A stretch of DNA of 52,480 bases, counting the filler, from Squatina squatina (taxonomy: Eukaryota): the NCBI GenBank assembly GCA_031763465.1. It is 3 parts of 3 records of this genome, joined end to end, with 100 filler letters (N's around TTAATTAATTAA, not from the genome) between each part and the next. Parts side by side here need not be neighbours in the genome. Positions count along the whole stretch, not along the records: positions 15,051 to 39,649 come from JARFOE010000189.1; positions 39,750 to 52,480 come from JARFOE011008120.1; 1 more part is not named here. One strand, 5' to 3'. The position numbers and the translations under genes are program-made. Position 1 is the first letter of the stretch, and every line of letters starts with the position of its first letter. The notes under the pieces are model-generated. The model saw nothing but the letters and a program-made list of their open reading frames with translations, was not told the origin of the DNA and searched no databases. Positions 39,003-51,148 of the stretch are shown in pieces.

Positions 39003-39649
39003 TAACTCTATATCAGTGTTTTAAACAAAATGCATCACAGTGGAATGAATCTAATGCATAGTTGCATTTTCAATATAACTTTCCTACCTGGTTGATTGGA
39101 TATTTCCGCCGAAACACTACATTCAGATCCAGTCTGCTTCTATGAATAATAATGATGTGAAGTGGAAATCATTACTGCTGAAGTCATGTATATTATTTTG
39201 GATTTCAAACTCCTGCTACACTTCAGAACCAGTAATTACCATGTCCAAAGTCCAAATTTTCTTGCTGACATTTGTGTCACTATCTTTGTTGTGTGATTAT
39301 AAAGAAAAAAAGGCCTTCAAGGGAATTCAAGGGACTCATCACTACTGGATGTCTAGCAGGGCTGGAGTTCCTGCTGCCACATATCCTGGTTTTCCACTGA
39401 GGATAGACCTGGAACTTCCAAAATGTTAAATGCTGGCCGCAATCCACAAAAGTGTTGTTCTGTTAAAATGAGACCTTCTGAAGCTAGGATGGAAATAGAC
39501 AATTTGTCCAGAAAAATTCAGCCAATTGTAGGGACACGTAGAAAATTTAATTCTAGCAAATCAACAAACACTTTGTGAACGAGGTCCCATTTTTACTATT
39601 TGCGAAGAAGCAGTAGCCAAATCCCAGCCTTACTTTAACAATAAGCAAA

Positions 39650-39749
39650 NNNNNNNNNNNNNNNNNNNNNNNNNNNNNNNNNNNNNNNNNNNNTTAATTA
39701 ATTAANNNNNNNNNNNNNNNNNNNNNNNNNNNNNNNNNNNNNNNNNNNN
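39650..39749. other. Artificial scaffold linker N44-TTAATTAATTAA-N44
   Basis: Same structure as 14951-15050. Confidence 0.95.
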
Positions 39750-39889
39750 ATTCTCAAGGAATCCCGCACTTCTCTCACAAACGCAGACTGACAGCCTCCC
39801 ACAGTCTGCACTTCAGGAATAGCTTCCCTCCCACAGGGGACACGCTCTTTTATAATGGCCTCAGATGTGAGGACGGAGGTATCTGTAAG

Positions 39890-40700
39890 CTCCATGAAAT
39901 AGATGAGGGCACAGAAGGAGGCCATTCAGCCCGTCGAGCCTGTTCTGGCTATGAAAGATCAGTCATGCTCAGTCCCAGCCCCTACCACCCCACCGCTTTT
40001 TCCATAACTCTAAGTTCCTCACTCAAGTTTTTCTCTACTTTATCAAAACCTCTGGTCCGCCACCTCTTAACCCTCTCTGTCCCAAGGAGAACTTTTGCAA
40101 CTTATCCAACCTCTCCTCATAACTAAAGCCCGTCATCTCTCACAACATCCTGGGAAACATCCTCTGTACCCTTTCTAAACCTTTTACATCTTCCCTGAAA
40201 TGTGGTGCCCAGAATTGTCCACAATACTCCAGCTGAGGCCTAAACAGTGATTTATATCTCTTTACTTTTATATTCTTTTCCCTCTATTTGAAAATACAAT
40301 TAACCCCCGTGCTTTTCCATCCACCTTTCTAATTTGACGTCCCGCCATTAAGGATTTGTTTATATGGACTTTGCTCAGTTCAAAATTATTTCCATAGTAT
40401 TCCACCTAAAGTGCATAATTTCACAATTCTCCACATTGAACTACATCTTCCGTGCTTCTGCCCATGTCACAATCCTGTCGACCATCTTGAAGTGTATAAC
40501 TATCTTCATCACTCTCTACTACTCTGCAAACCTGATAATGCTGTTCGAGGCTTGTTGAGAAGAGTAATGGACCCAAATCTGACTTGCGGGGAATACCACT
40601 GCAATAATCCTCATCCGATAACACCACCCTTTGCTCCCTTTCACTGAGCCAAGTCTTACCGTGATTTGGCCTTCATTTCATGGGCTTCTGTCGTCATAAC
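39890..40700 (-). mobile_element. Decayed CR1 LINE 3' part
   Basis: tgtggtgcccagaattgtccacaatactccagctgaggcc (RPQLEYCGQFWAPH on the minus strand) and a CR1 tail at the left end. Confidence 0.75.
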
Positions 40701-42043
40701 AATCCTCCTGTGCGGGTGTGATGTGTGTCTACAAATATCGTGTTTATATGATGACTGCCAGTTTAATGTTTATTTTTGCACATGAATAATCGTGTTTCAA
40801 AAATGTAAAGGTGTACAATTGCATCTGTGATAATTCTAAACGAAGTGGGGAGTACTTCTGTGCATTGGTGTGTATCTGTGTGTTATTTATAATTGTATGG
40901 TGGTGGCCTATTTTATGTATAAATGTATTTGCCAGTAATTTAACAGTACTGTATTGAGAAATATTACAAAATGCATTTAGAATGAAGACATTCATTCATG
41001 CTGCTCCCCAATAAATGAATAAATATTACAGATCTATGTAAATACATTTGTAAGCACCAGATTCATGAAATGCATTTACAATTTAAAACAGTCAAAAATA
41101 AATTTATATCCACAATGGATATTTAGATTTATCGCAAGATTTGAATTCAGCATTTCCTGCCCGTCTAAAGTGATTGAAGATTCAGTGCTTTCTCCGCCCT
41201 GCTTCTACACATGTCTTCTTCACCAGAAATTAACTGATAGCCTTGTTTTGCACAATGAATGAAAGAAAGAGAGTGTAACGGAGCCGGTTTGAAATGTTCA
41301 TTGCTTATGGCACCAGAAACCTAGTGTTTGTTTTGTTAATCTTGTTTCTCAGTGAAAAAAAATCCCTGACATCAGTTTTCTGCTCGGGCTGAAACCGAAG
41401 ACATTTCGCAAAGTGAGGTGAAGGTGATCATCGCTACACTAATGAAATCAACATTTTACTGTATGCCCATAAACAGAACTTAGCCTTCTCGCTGAACACT
41501 TCTGCAGTGAACGTTTAGATGCAGGTGTTCCCAGAGAAGTTGGCTGTTGGAACCTTAGATTGAAAGTGGACCATTAATGTCAACTCGTTCATCGTGGGCA
41601 TGTGCTTCACTTAGAATAATGGTCGAAAACTTTCAATGAAGTGGGAGTATTTCTGTGCTCCCATTCGGCACGTTCGCTCAGGTTCATCGATTTTTACTCT
41701 AAGGATAGTTCAGTTCGAACAATATTATATTGGAGAATATTATTTTTCTCCGAAATAGCCAATCCGGTTAAGTTTAACACACTTTGCCCCAGATTCCTGG
41801 AGTTAAGCCCAGAACACTTCCGAATATGCTGTGTGTAAAATGTGATGAGGATAAACATTGAGAACATGCAAAGAGCAGAATAAATTATTGACTGTACCAC
41901 ATTGACCATGTTAGCATTTCTATCATTCTGCAAAAGAACATTGTCTGTTAATTAAGGGTGATTAAAACAAAAAAAAATTCACATTAGATGCCTGCAATCA
42001 ATTTCATAAAGTTTTGAATTAAAAACAGTTTTGCAAACGTTAC

Positions 42044-42110
42044 GGCCTTCTCCAGGAATTGAATCTGAACTCGGATGGTAAAAGCAGCAAATGTTAACCA
42101 CTCTGGGTAA
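42044..42110 (-). pseudogene. Degenerate tRNA-Glu-like sequence
   Basis: Reverse strand agtggttaacatttgctgcttttaccatccgagttcagattcaattcctgg aligns loosely with tRNA-Glu (agtggttaggattcggcgctttcaccg...gttcgattcccgg); stems are broken. Confidence 0.45.
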
Positions 42111-42369
42111 CATGTCTGATTGCAGAATAAAGGGTACAAATCACATCGGGATCATAGTTGTTTTTAACGTTGACAGAAGTCTAGATAATTCCGGAATTAT
42201 TATTTTTTTTGCTTACAGTAAACAGAATGTTGCGATAAACCTGGCCCATTAGTTCAGCAGTATCAGGGACAAAGGCGCCCGATGATCTAATTTATTAGTG
42301 GAATGAACAGATACAAAGCACAAAATCAGTAAAGTGTTCCACGGAGCTTGATAAACCATAGATTCATCG

Positions 42370-42765
42370 CATCATAGAAACTTACAGCACAGAAGGAGGC
42401 CATTCGACCCATCCTGCCTGTGCCGGCTCTTTGAGAGATCTGACCGATTTAATCCCACATCACAGCCTTTTCCCCCATGACCCTGCTAATCTGCTCTCTT
42501 CAAATACATGTCCAATGGCCTTTTGAAAATTCCTATGGATTCTGATTCCATCATCATTTCAGGTAATGTGTTCCTGAGCGAACAACCCTCTGCGTAATTA
42601 TAATACTCCTAATGTCCCATCTAGTTCTTTTGCCTATTATTATAAATTCCTGACCTCTGGTTGTCGCTCCACTCACCAGATAAATGCATGTTTCTCTCCT
42701 TGTTCTATTATCATCCTTCATAATTTGAAATATCTCCATTTGGTCACCCTTTAAACGATTCTCTT
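42370..42765 (-). mobile_element. CR1 3' end fragment
   Basis: RLKGDQMEIFQIMK...SGATTRGQEF...TQRVVR on the minus strand, plus the cacagaaggaggccattc tail. Confidence 0.75.
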
Positions 42766-42875
42766 TCAGGAGCATTAGCCCATTGGTAGTTTTCTGACAG
42801 GAACAGTTCAACTGGGCCAAAGAAGCAGGTCCAAATAATTCCATAAAATTCGTCAGAGAACTGAAACAGTTGCTA

Positions 42876-42960
42876 GTTTGTAAGTGGGATTCGAAACCGC
42901 ATCGCTCTCAGAGCACTATGGCCTAACCGTAGAACCTGAGACTGCTCGGCTATTAGAATG
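42876..42960 (-). pseudogene. Degenerate tRNA-Leu (CAG-type body)
   Basis: Reverse strand atagccgagcagtctcaggttctacggttaggccatagt...ttcgaatcccact matches tRNA-Leu atggccgagcggtctaaggcgctgcgttcaggtcgcagt...ttcgaatcccact, including a long variable arm; the acceptor stem is lost. Confidence 0.65.
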
Positions 42961-43809
42961 ACTGAGAAAACCGTCAACATGCGTGAAATTCTCCACAGAT
43001 GTCCAACGAAAGCTCCACTCATTCTGATGCTCCCCAATTGAAGGCAGAAGGCTCATTGACCTCAAACAACATCACGTCTTTCCTACACTAAAAACTCTCA
43101 ATCCTTTCCTCCCTTGCCGCTTAAAACATTTCACTGAATGAAACCACAGAAGTCACAAAATAAATTGAGTATTTTAAGGGTTTAACGTTCTTGTGGAGCT
43201 CGCTAATTTTCCTCACCTAATCTCCTGAATCAATCTTTCTCCTCAGGATATTTATCATAGAATTATACCGCACAGAAGGAGGTCATTCTGCCGATCGTGC
43301 CTGTGCAGGTTCTTTGGTAGAGCTACTCGATTAACCTCACTCCCCTGCTCTTTCCCCATAGCCCTGTAATTTATTTTTCATTCCAGTGTTGAGACAGTTC
43401 TCGTTGAAAGTTACGAATGAATCTGCTGCCACCGCCCTTTTAGACACTGCGTTCCAGATCACGACAAATCACTGTTTATTCATGACACAATTGCTTTAAC
43501 CTGGAGCTGGTCCAGCTGCTATCAGTCCCACATGACCAGTCCAATTCTGGGACTGTGGCTAGTTTTGTTCAGAAAGAGGTTTGATTGGAACGTCACACCT
43601 GTGACACCAAGGGCGATGAAGCAGGAGAGATTGTAACCTCTGACAGAATCTGAGGCCAGTCAGAAATATCTGTGCACCTGAATCCAGATCCACAATATTG
43701 TCAGTTTTGACCATTTCATTCTTATTGTGCCTCTTCCTCTTCGGTAACATTCTATGATTCTAAGATCTGAGATTCTGTCAGCTGTGATGTTAGAATAAAG
43801 TAAACTCAC

Positions 43810-43981
43810 TCTGTGTCCCTCCCACTCACTGGACACACTTGTCCCCCTGTTAACCAGAGACTGAGTCCCTCCACACCCTCTTCAATCGCCTGTTCCAGTC
43901 TGTCCCGGTAGAATGTCATCAACTGGAACAGCTGGTAATTGTCGCACTTTGTCAAGAGCTCAGTGATAGTAGAGTTCGGAT
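43810..43981 (-). CDS. Probable NLR-family N-terminal death-fold (CARD-like) exon, possibly pseudogenic
   Basis: cag|(N)PNSTITELLTKCDNYQLFQLMTFYRDRLEQAIEEGVEGLSLWLT...|gtgag. FYRDRLEQAxExGV resembles recalled shark/ray NLRP3-like N-termini. Confidence 0.68.
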
Positions 43982-44799
43982 CTGTGAACACCAATGGAGA
44001 AAACTAAACACATTATCGGCGTTCTATCCGGGCGGCGACATTTCCTATTATAACAACCGGCTGTGAGGCAAAATTTCCAAAAAAGAGCCTTCTGAAAACC
44101 CAGATATACCGCGTGTGCTACATTACATTCACCTGCAGAGGAACTTCTTAACGGAATATCGTGCAAAATTGTCCAGTACGATTTAACTTCAACTTGTGGA
44201 TTCCATCCTCCCCTTCTCTCTTTATGCTCACTAATTCGACTTTGAAATAGAGTTTCCAGGATTTTTGCCACAATGCAGCCTCCCCCTCTCTCTCATATGC
44301 ACTGTTCGATAGTCTGCAAAGCTTGCCGACAGAAACGCTACTTTCCTTCCTGTTCCACAAATATATACATGTGGTTTATATCTGAACATAACCCCAGGGA
44401 ACATCCTGATGGTCGAGCGCTGTCATGGAACTGCGTATTATTACTGGCATCCACAACTATTCCCCTCCAAATGTTAGAATCAGGATTATTTTGGTCTGTC
44501 CAGTGCAACCCTAACCCTGCCTCACAGTTAATAGATCACACTGCCCAGAAGGACGAGGCAGATTGTATATGTGAACAGCATCGCCCGTAATTTCCTAGCA
44601 TCACACATTACCCAGACTTGTACATATATCGCCCTTGATTCATCGTCGCTCGGTTACAATTATAACTCCCTACCTAAAAATTTCAGTGCCGGCAGTTGTA
44701 TGAATTCCTCTCACTGATTCCCATGTTTCCCAACTTCCAGTCACATCAGCGGACACCATTTCGACTGTTTCATTCCCCCTTCTGTAAAACCATTGTTGG

Positions 44800-45270
44800 T
44801 CGTCGGTTCAGATCATGATTTCCCTTTCCGTCTTCCTGACAACTGGGGCCTAATAACCTGAACCGTTCCCTCCTGCTCCAGCCCAGCAGCCGTACATTGA
44901 CTTTCCCAGAGATGGTCCCGCCGGTACTGAATGTTCTTCCTCTGACACCAGGGGGGCAACTTACTATTCTCGACCTGCGCAGGGCTGCAGAAGCGTCTGT
45001 CTATTCACCTCACTCTAGAATCTCTCACCGCTATCGCTCTGTTATTCCTATGCCACACCTGCCTCCCTCCACCGCCGAACTCGGGGTGGCCTCCTGCTCC
45101 TTGGTGTTGGACTGCTGCTCTGAAAGACCATCCGCTGCCTATTTCCGTCTACCAGTCCCAAATACCAGGTATCTATTGGACAATTCTAGTACTCAGGGGC
45201 TCCCTCCACCTGTGGCTGCAATGCCCCGCTAGATATTCACCCATTTCCCTCTTTCCACTCAGTCCCTCCC
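44800..45270 (-). mobile_element. Decayed CR1 ORF1-region fragment inside the NLR-like intron
   Basis: Pyrimidine-rich sequence resembling an antisense CR1 5' region; recognised from recall only. Confidence 0.4.
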
Positions 45271-45353
45271 TGTTTCCTCTTGCAGGTTCTTGCTCGAGAT
45301 CTGGACCCTTCGGCAATGCAGAAATTATACTTTATAGAATTATCTGCATCTAC

Positions 45354-45417
45354 TTGTGTCCTTTCTCATTCTCGCTGAAGCTATTGGATTTTCTCCCCTG
45401 TTTGGACCTTCAGCCAT
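45354..45417 (-). CDS. First coding exon of the NLR-like gene
   Basis: accgccATGG Kozak context; MAEGPNRGENPIASARMRKDT then a phase-1 donor (gtaga) that splices in frame to 43981; upstream acceptor ttattacag at 45450. Confidence 0.68.
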
Positions 45418-45899
45418 GGCGGTGATAGGCGTTTCCAGAATGTTGTGCTCTGTAATAACTATAATAATAAATATAAATATAAATATAATTTAACATAAAT
45501 ATTAAAAGGAGAACATAGCCGAGTTAAACATGATATCAGACCATCCCCACCCCATCAGTACAACAGCTGTTAGCTCCGAGATTGAGAATTTCCCAACTGT
45601 TAGGATCATCTCTCAGGTGTGACACAGACAGTGAATTCCAGTGGGTCCAGCCGATCTCGACAAGCGAGTTTCAGACGGGCTCCCGTCGGCAGAGTTTCCA
45701 CACTGGGAGCGCCCATTAACAGGTTTTAATCACATAGTGCCGGCCAACACTGGCCTTATTCCTGGGGCAGAGTATATTCTGCAGGGAAATATAGAGCAGA
45801 AAATCATTGATGAATTAAATTATCCTTCATGCGGTAATGTATTAATTTTATTGATAGATTTCGGTTTCATGTTATTTACATGATGTGTTTTGATGCGTT

Positions 45900-46340
45900 A
45901 TAATGGTAATTCCGAGTCAGAAGTTTGCAGATTCAAGTCCTGCTCCAGAGCACAAAAATCTAGGCTGACAGTCCAGTGCAGTGTTGAGGGAGTGCCGCAC
46001 TGTCAGAGATGCCGTCTTTTGGATGAGACATTAAACCAAGACCCGGCTGATGTCTCAGGTGAACATAAAAGGTCCCACGGCACTATTTCGAAAAAAGAGG
46101 AGGTGAGTTTTCCCCGGTGTCCTAGTCAGTATTTATCCCTCAATCAACATCACAAAAGGCAGATTACCTGCTAATTATCAGACTGCTGTTTACTGGAGTT
46201 TGCTGTGTGCAAATCGGCTGCCGAGTTTCCAACAATACAACAGTGACTGCACTCGAAAAGTACTTCACTCGCTGTAAAGATCTTTCGGACATCCGGTGGT
46301 CGTGACAGGCTCTATATAAAACCAAGTCTTTCTTTCATTT
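45900..46340 (+). mobile_element. Near full-length SINE (SacSINE1/Deu-SINE-like)
   Basis: B-box-like agattcaagtcc; body is the reverse complement of 50710-51148; ends ctatataaaaccaagtctttctttc. Confidence 0.8.
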
Positions 46341-46899
46341 TTCTTAATGAATATGAGATCTGTCCCTGTATAAACTACATAGCTGAGTATGATTCCTCTG
46401 GTCTGTATGTGCCGTGCCATTGTCCAGGTGTTCAATGAGTTGTGTTCTGATTGGTGCTTCTATTTGAATATATTTCCCATAACTTTTATGTCGCTCGAAC
46501 CTGACTAATGACCACTGTAAGAGCTGAGAACATTTACCACTGTTCCATTAACATTAACACTATCATATAACGTCATGAATCATGTAACGTTAAACAATGA
46601 GGTGATGCACAGCATTAATTTGTGGAATAGCTTTTGGTGAATTACAATCTCAGAAATGTCCCTACATATAGAAGAGCTTGATCTGACTGCTGTCTTACAA
46701 TGATAATTCTCCACTCGTGCTTGTGCTTCGCTGTATCTGCCCACGTCCTTTCAGCGTCCTTTCCTTTGCCCACTTTGGAAATGTAAAAGCGAATCAGTCT
46801 AGGATCATTCATTTCTCCTATACTGTAGCTCAAGTTATCCTCTAACATTAAATTATAAGCAAGTCTGAGAAATTATAAGATTCAGTAGTTTGCTGCTTT

Positions 46900-48560
46900 A
46901 CTTACGCTGACATACGAATTATAAACATACAGCAGCAGAACCAAGCTGAACACAGACTGCACAGAAGAGAAATGAAAAAAGTAAATATGAAAGGCAAGAA
47001 GAATATATGAGAAATAATTAGTGCTAAATAAAAGGAACAACTGAAGTCTTTAAAATATATAAAAAGTGTCAAGGAAATGCAAAGGAAAGGTGGGCCGATT
47101 AAGGAACAAATGCACAATCATCTTGTGGATGCAGAGGCCATGGCTGAGGTACTAATGAGTTTTTTGCATCTGGCTTGAATAAAGATGAGGATTCTACCAA
47201 TCTGACAGTAAATTATGACGTGAATTAATTGTGTAGGTTTTGAATAGATATAAAGAAGGTTCTAAAATGATTACTAGCGCTCAATGTAGAAAATTCACAC
47301 GGTCTGAATGGAAAGCATCCCACGATTCTGACAGAGCTAAAGCTCAATCGTCCAATCCTCCTGGGATATGTGAGTGGTGACAGAGTAGCACAGGGTTGCA
47401 AATGTTTGTTCCTTGTTCAAAAAAGTGGAACATGATACATCAATTAAATATAAGCGTGTCCATCTAATTTCAGTGTTGGGGAAAGGTCCAGAGAGAATAT
47501 TCCGAGATATAATGACTTGTCAATTGGCAGATCAGGAGCTAATAAACGTCAGCCTAAAGGGATTTGATGAAAGCAAATCCAGTTTGCCTCACTTGATTGA
47601 TGAAATAAGGGGGACTGCTGGTGAAGATAGTACTGCTCCTGTTATATATATGGACATTCAGAAGGCGTTTGATAAAGTACAACTTAATAGACTTGCTAAT
47701 AAAGTTGAAGCTTCCAATATTTTTGGACTGAAGGGAATGGCACAGTGGTTTCTCCAGCTGTCGCAAGACTACGCCTCGCCAGATATTAGGTCCAGTGGTT
47801 TCACCAGCTGTTGCAAGACTACGCCTCGCCAGGTATCAGGTACAGTGGTTTCACCAGCTGTTGCAAGACTACGCCTCGCCAGATATTAGGTCCAGTGGTT
47901 TCTCCAGCTGTCGCGAGACCACGCCTCGCCAGGTATTAGGTACAGTAGTTTCTCCAGCTGTCGCAAGACTACGCCTCGCCAGCTATTAAGTACAGTGGTT
48001 TCACCAGCTGTCGCAAGACTACGCCTCGCCAGGTATTAGGTCCAGTGGTTTCACCAGGTGTCGGGAGACCACGCCTCGCCAGATATTAGGTCCAGTGGTT
48101 TCACCAGGTGTCGGGAGACCACGCCTCGCCACGTATTAGGTACAGTGATGTCACCAGCTGTCGCGAGACCACGCCTTGCCATGTATTCGGTCCACTGATC
48201 TTTTTGATGTATAATAATGACATGGACTTTGACTATCGTGAATAATTTCAAAGTTTGCAGATGATGTGAAAGTCGGAAGAGTCATAAACCTTGCGGAGGG
48301 TAATAAAAATCCTCAGAACAGCGTAGCCAGAATGGTACAGGTGTAGGGCAAATTAACTTTAACGCAGGAAAGCATGAAAGGATGCATTTACGAAGGAAAG
48401 AAGAATGAAACATTACAATATAAACCAAATGGTACAGTTTTGAAGTGGGTGCAGGAACAGAGGAACATAAATCCTTGAAGGGAGCAGGAAAATTTCTTAA
48501 GCTTGTGAGGAAAGTAGACAGGAATCTTGGCTGTATAAACAGAGGCAGAGGAATATATGT
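46900..48560 (+). mobile_element. Old CR1 ORF2 interrupted by a minisatellite
   Basis: LFKK, VIYMDIQKAFDKV, and SKFADD after the repeat; many stops. Confidence 0.82.
47743..48198. repeat. 50-bp minisatellite, 9 copies
   Basis: cagtggtttc(a/t)ccagctgtcgcaagactacgcctcgccag(a/g)tattaggt(c/a) with exact period 50 and no unique spacers. Confidence 0.95.
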
Positions 48561-49139
48561 ACATAGGAACAGGAGGAGGTCAAGCATCCCGGCGAACCTG
48601 TTCCGCCATTCAGTTAGATCATGATTAATCTGTATTGTAACACCAAATGCCCACCTTCGTTCCATAATCCTAAATACACTTGCTTAACAACAATCTGTCA
48701 ATCCCCATTTTGAACATTCAATTGACATAACCTCAACAGATTTTTGAGGGAGAGATTTCCAAATTCCCATTACCCATTTTGTGAAGACGTGCTTCATGAT
48801 ATAATCCCGTGAATGGCCTCGATCTTCCATGCCACAGAGAGCTGTGCGGGCCGAGTCCTTGTGTATACTTAAGGCTGAGATGGATAGATTTCTAATTAGT
48901 AAGGGAATAAAGGGTTAAGGGGAAAGGGCAGGAAAGAGAACTTGAGGAATGTCAGATCAGCTGTGATCCTACTAAATGGCAGAACAGCCTCGAGGGGCCA
49001 AATGGCCTACGCTTGTTCCTACTTCTTATGGTCTTATGGTTCTCCGAGGTTAAAATCCTTGTTAGCGACTCCTCCTCCAGTGAAAGTAGTCCAGCTCTTT
49101 CTGTCCTATCAATTCGGTTGATCTATGTTTTACTAATTC

Positions 49140-49540
49140 CCATGATGTGGCCATCGCTGGCAAAACAAAATGTATTTGCAATTCCTAGTTGCCCTCGAGA
49201 AGGTGGCGATGGGCCACCTTCTGGAATACAACTAAATGGTTTGCTAGGCTATTTCAGAGGGCGGTTAAGGGTCAACTACATTGCTCTGGGTCTGGAGTCA
49301 CATACAGGCCAGCCGGGCAAAGGCGGCAGATTTAATTCCCTAAAGGACGTTATTGAACCAGGTAGTTTTTTTATGACAATCTAGTAGTTATTGATTATTG
49401 ATTATTGATATTAGCTTGTTATGCCAGGCTTATTTAACTGAATTTAAAATGTCCCAGCTGCCGTGGTGGCATTTGAACACAATTCTCCGGGTCATAACCC
49501 CAGGCCTTCAGAATATGAGTCGAGCAACCACTATCCTAAT
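49140..49540 (-). mobile_element. Copy of the 5260-5680 SINE family
   Basis: tgggtctggagtcacatacaggccag...ttccctaaaggac...atttgaac, inverted relative to 5260-5680. Confidence 0.75.
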
Positions 49541-50039
49541 GTACACCTTAATCACGTAAATTAAATTACCCCTTAATCTTGTGTATTCAAGGAAATACTC
49601 GAGTAGTCGAAGCATTCAGCCCTCGTAATTTAAACTTTTTAGCCCAGGGATCATTCTGTCAACTGTCGGCTGCACCCACTTCAATGCCAATATATCCATC
49701 AAAATTTGCAGTGCCAGGAACCAAACACAGTTCTCAAAATGTGGTCTAACCTAAGATCTGCACAGCTGCAGCACAACTTATATCTCTTTGTATCCTGCCC
49801 TCTGGCAAGAAAGGCCAACATTTTATTAGCATTTACTACTTATTTTTGTGGCTAGACTAGCTTTCAATGATTTCTGTACTCGCAGCCCTAATTCCCTGCT
49901 TATCCACAGTTCCTCACTCTCCAAATTTAGAACATCATGTGATCTATCTTTATTCGGTCCAAATTGGAACACTTCACAATTCCCACATTAATCTCCATCT
50001 GCCAATGTTTTGCCCAGACAGCACGGAAGAAAGCAAGTT

Positions 50040-50440
50040 ATGCCCAACGTTCACCAGACACGGTGTGGGTCGCGGCTGGAGAATTGTCTGCAGTTCTATG
50101 CACCACACGTTAGGAAGGCAATACCTGCCTTGGAGATGGCACAGAGGAGATTTACTAGAATGGTAACAGTGATGAGGAATGCAGTTACATGGAGAGAATA
50201 AAAAAGCTGGAATTGTAAATTTCAGAACAGAGAAGGTTAATAGATATACTTGAGATGTTTAAAATCAAGACACATTTTTGACAGATTAAATCAGGAGCAA
50301 CTGTGACCGCTGGCAGAATGGATCGGTAAACAGAGGGTACAGATTTACATCAATTGGCAAAACAGTCAGATGTGCGTGGAGAAGAATTTATTTTTGGTGG
50401 CTTCGAGTTATTATGACCTGGCATGCAAGGCCAAAAGTGT
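50040..50440 (+). mobile_element. CR1 ORF2 C-terminal fragment
   Basis: SRLENCLQFYAPHVRKAIPALEMAQRRFTRMV. Confidence 0.75.
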
Positions 50441-50709
50441 TGTGGACACCGTCCCTGGGTCTTCTTTGAAGTAGTGCTGTGGGATATTTTACGTTGTCCT
50501 GATAGGGCAGAGAGGGCCTCAGTTTAGCGTCCCATCCGAAAGATGGCACCTATGACAGTGCAGTACACACTCGGTACTGCATTGAAGTTCCAATTCTCTG
50601 GAGCGAGATTTTAACTCATTACCTTCTCTGTCAGAGGCTGCAGCGGTACCCAAGGGCGACTGCTGGTAACCTTATACAAATAATAACTGCAAAAGCGAAT
50701 TTATGTATA

Positions 50710-51148
50710 AAAAGAAAGACATGCATTTCTGAAGGGCCTTTACCATCCACACGAGTCAGAAAGCAAATCAAGCACTTTTGGAGTGCAGCCACTGTTGTAA
50801 TATAGGAAACGCAGCAGCCAGTTCGCACAGCAAGCGGCCACAAATAGGATTGTGATAATTACCAGATCATCTGTTTTGTTGTGTTGATTGAGGGATAAAT
50901 GCTGGCCAGGACACCGGGGATAACTCCCCTGCTCTTCTTCGAAATGCTGCTGTGGGATCTTTTATGTCCACCTGAGAGAGCAGATGGGGCATCGGTTCAA
51001 TGTTTCATCTGAAAGACAGTGCAGCACTCCCTCAGTGCGCCACTGCAATGTCAGCGTATAATATTGTGTTCAATTCTCTGGATTCGGACTTGAACCCATA
51101 AACTTCTGATTCATGCAAGGCTTTCACCACCTGAGCCACGGCTACACT
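50710..51148 (-). mobile_element. Near full-length SINE (SacSINE1/Deu-SINE-like)
   Basis: tRNA-like head on the minus strand (ggacttgaaccc...ctgagccacggct); body shared with 1045-1209 and 45900-46340; a further partial copy at about 50450-50640. Confidence 0.8.

Noticed and set aside
45583-45790. NF-kB-like sites upstream of the NLR-like exon
   Set aside because: Only imperfect matches, and the transcription start is unknown.
47743-48198. CRISPR array
   Set aside because: Units are contiguous with no unique spacers, there are no cas genes, and the context is a vertebrate LINE.
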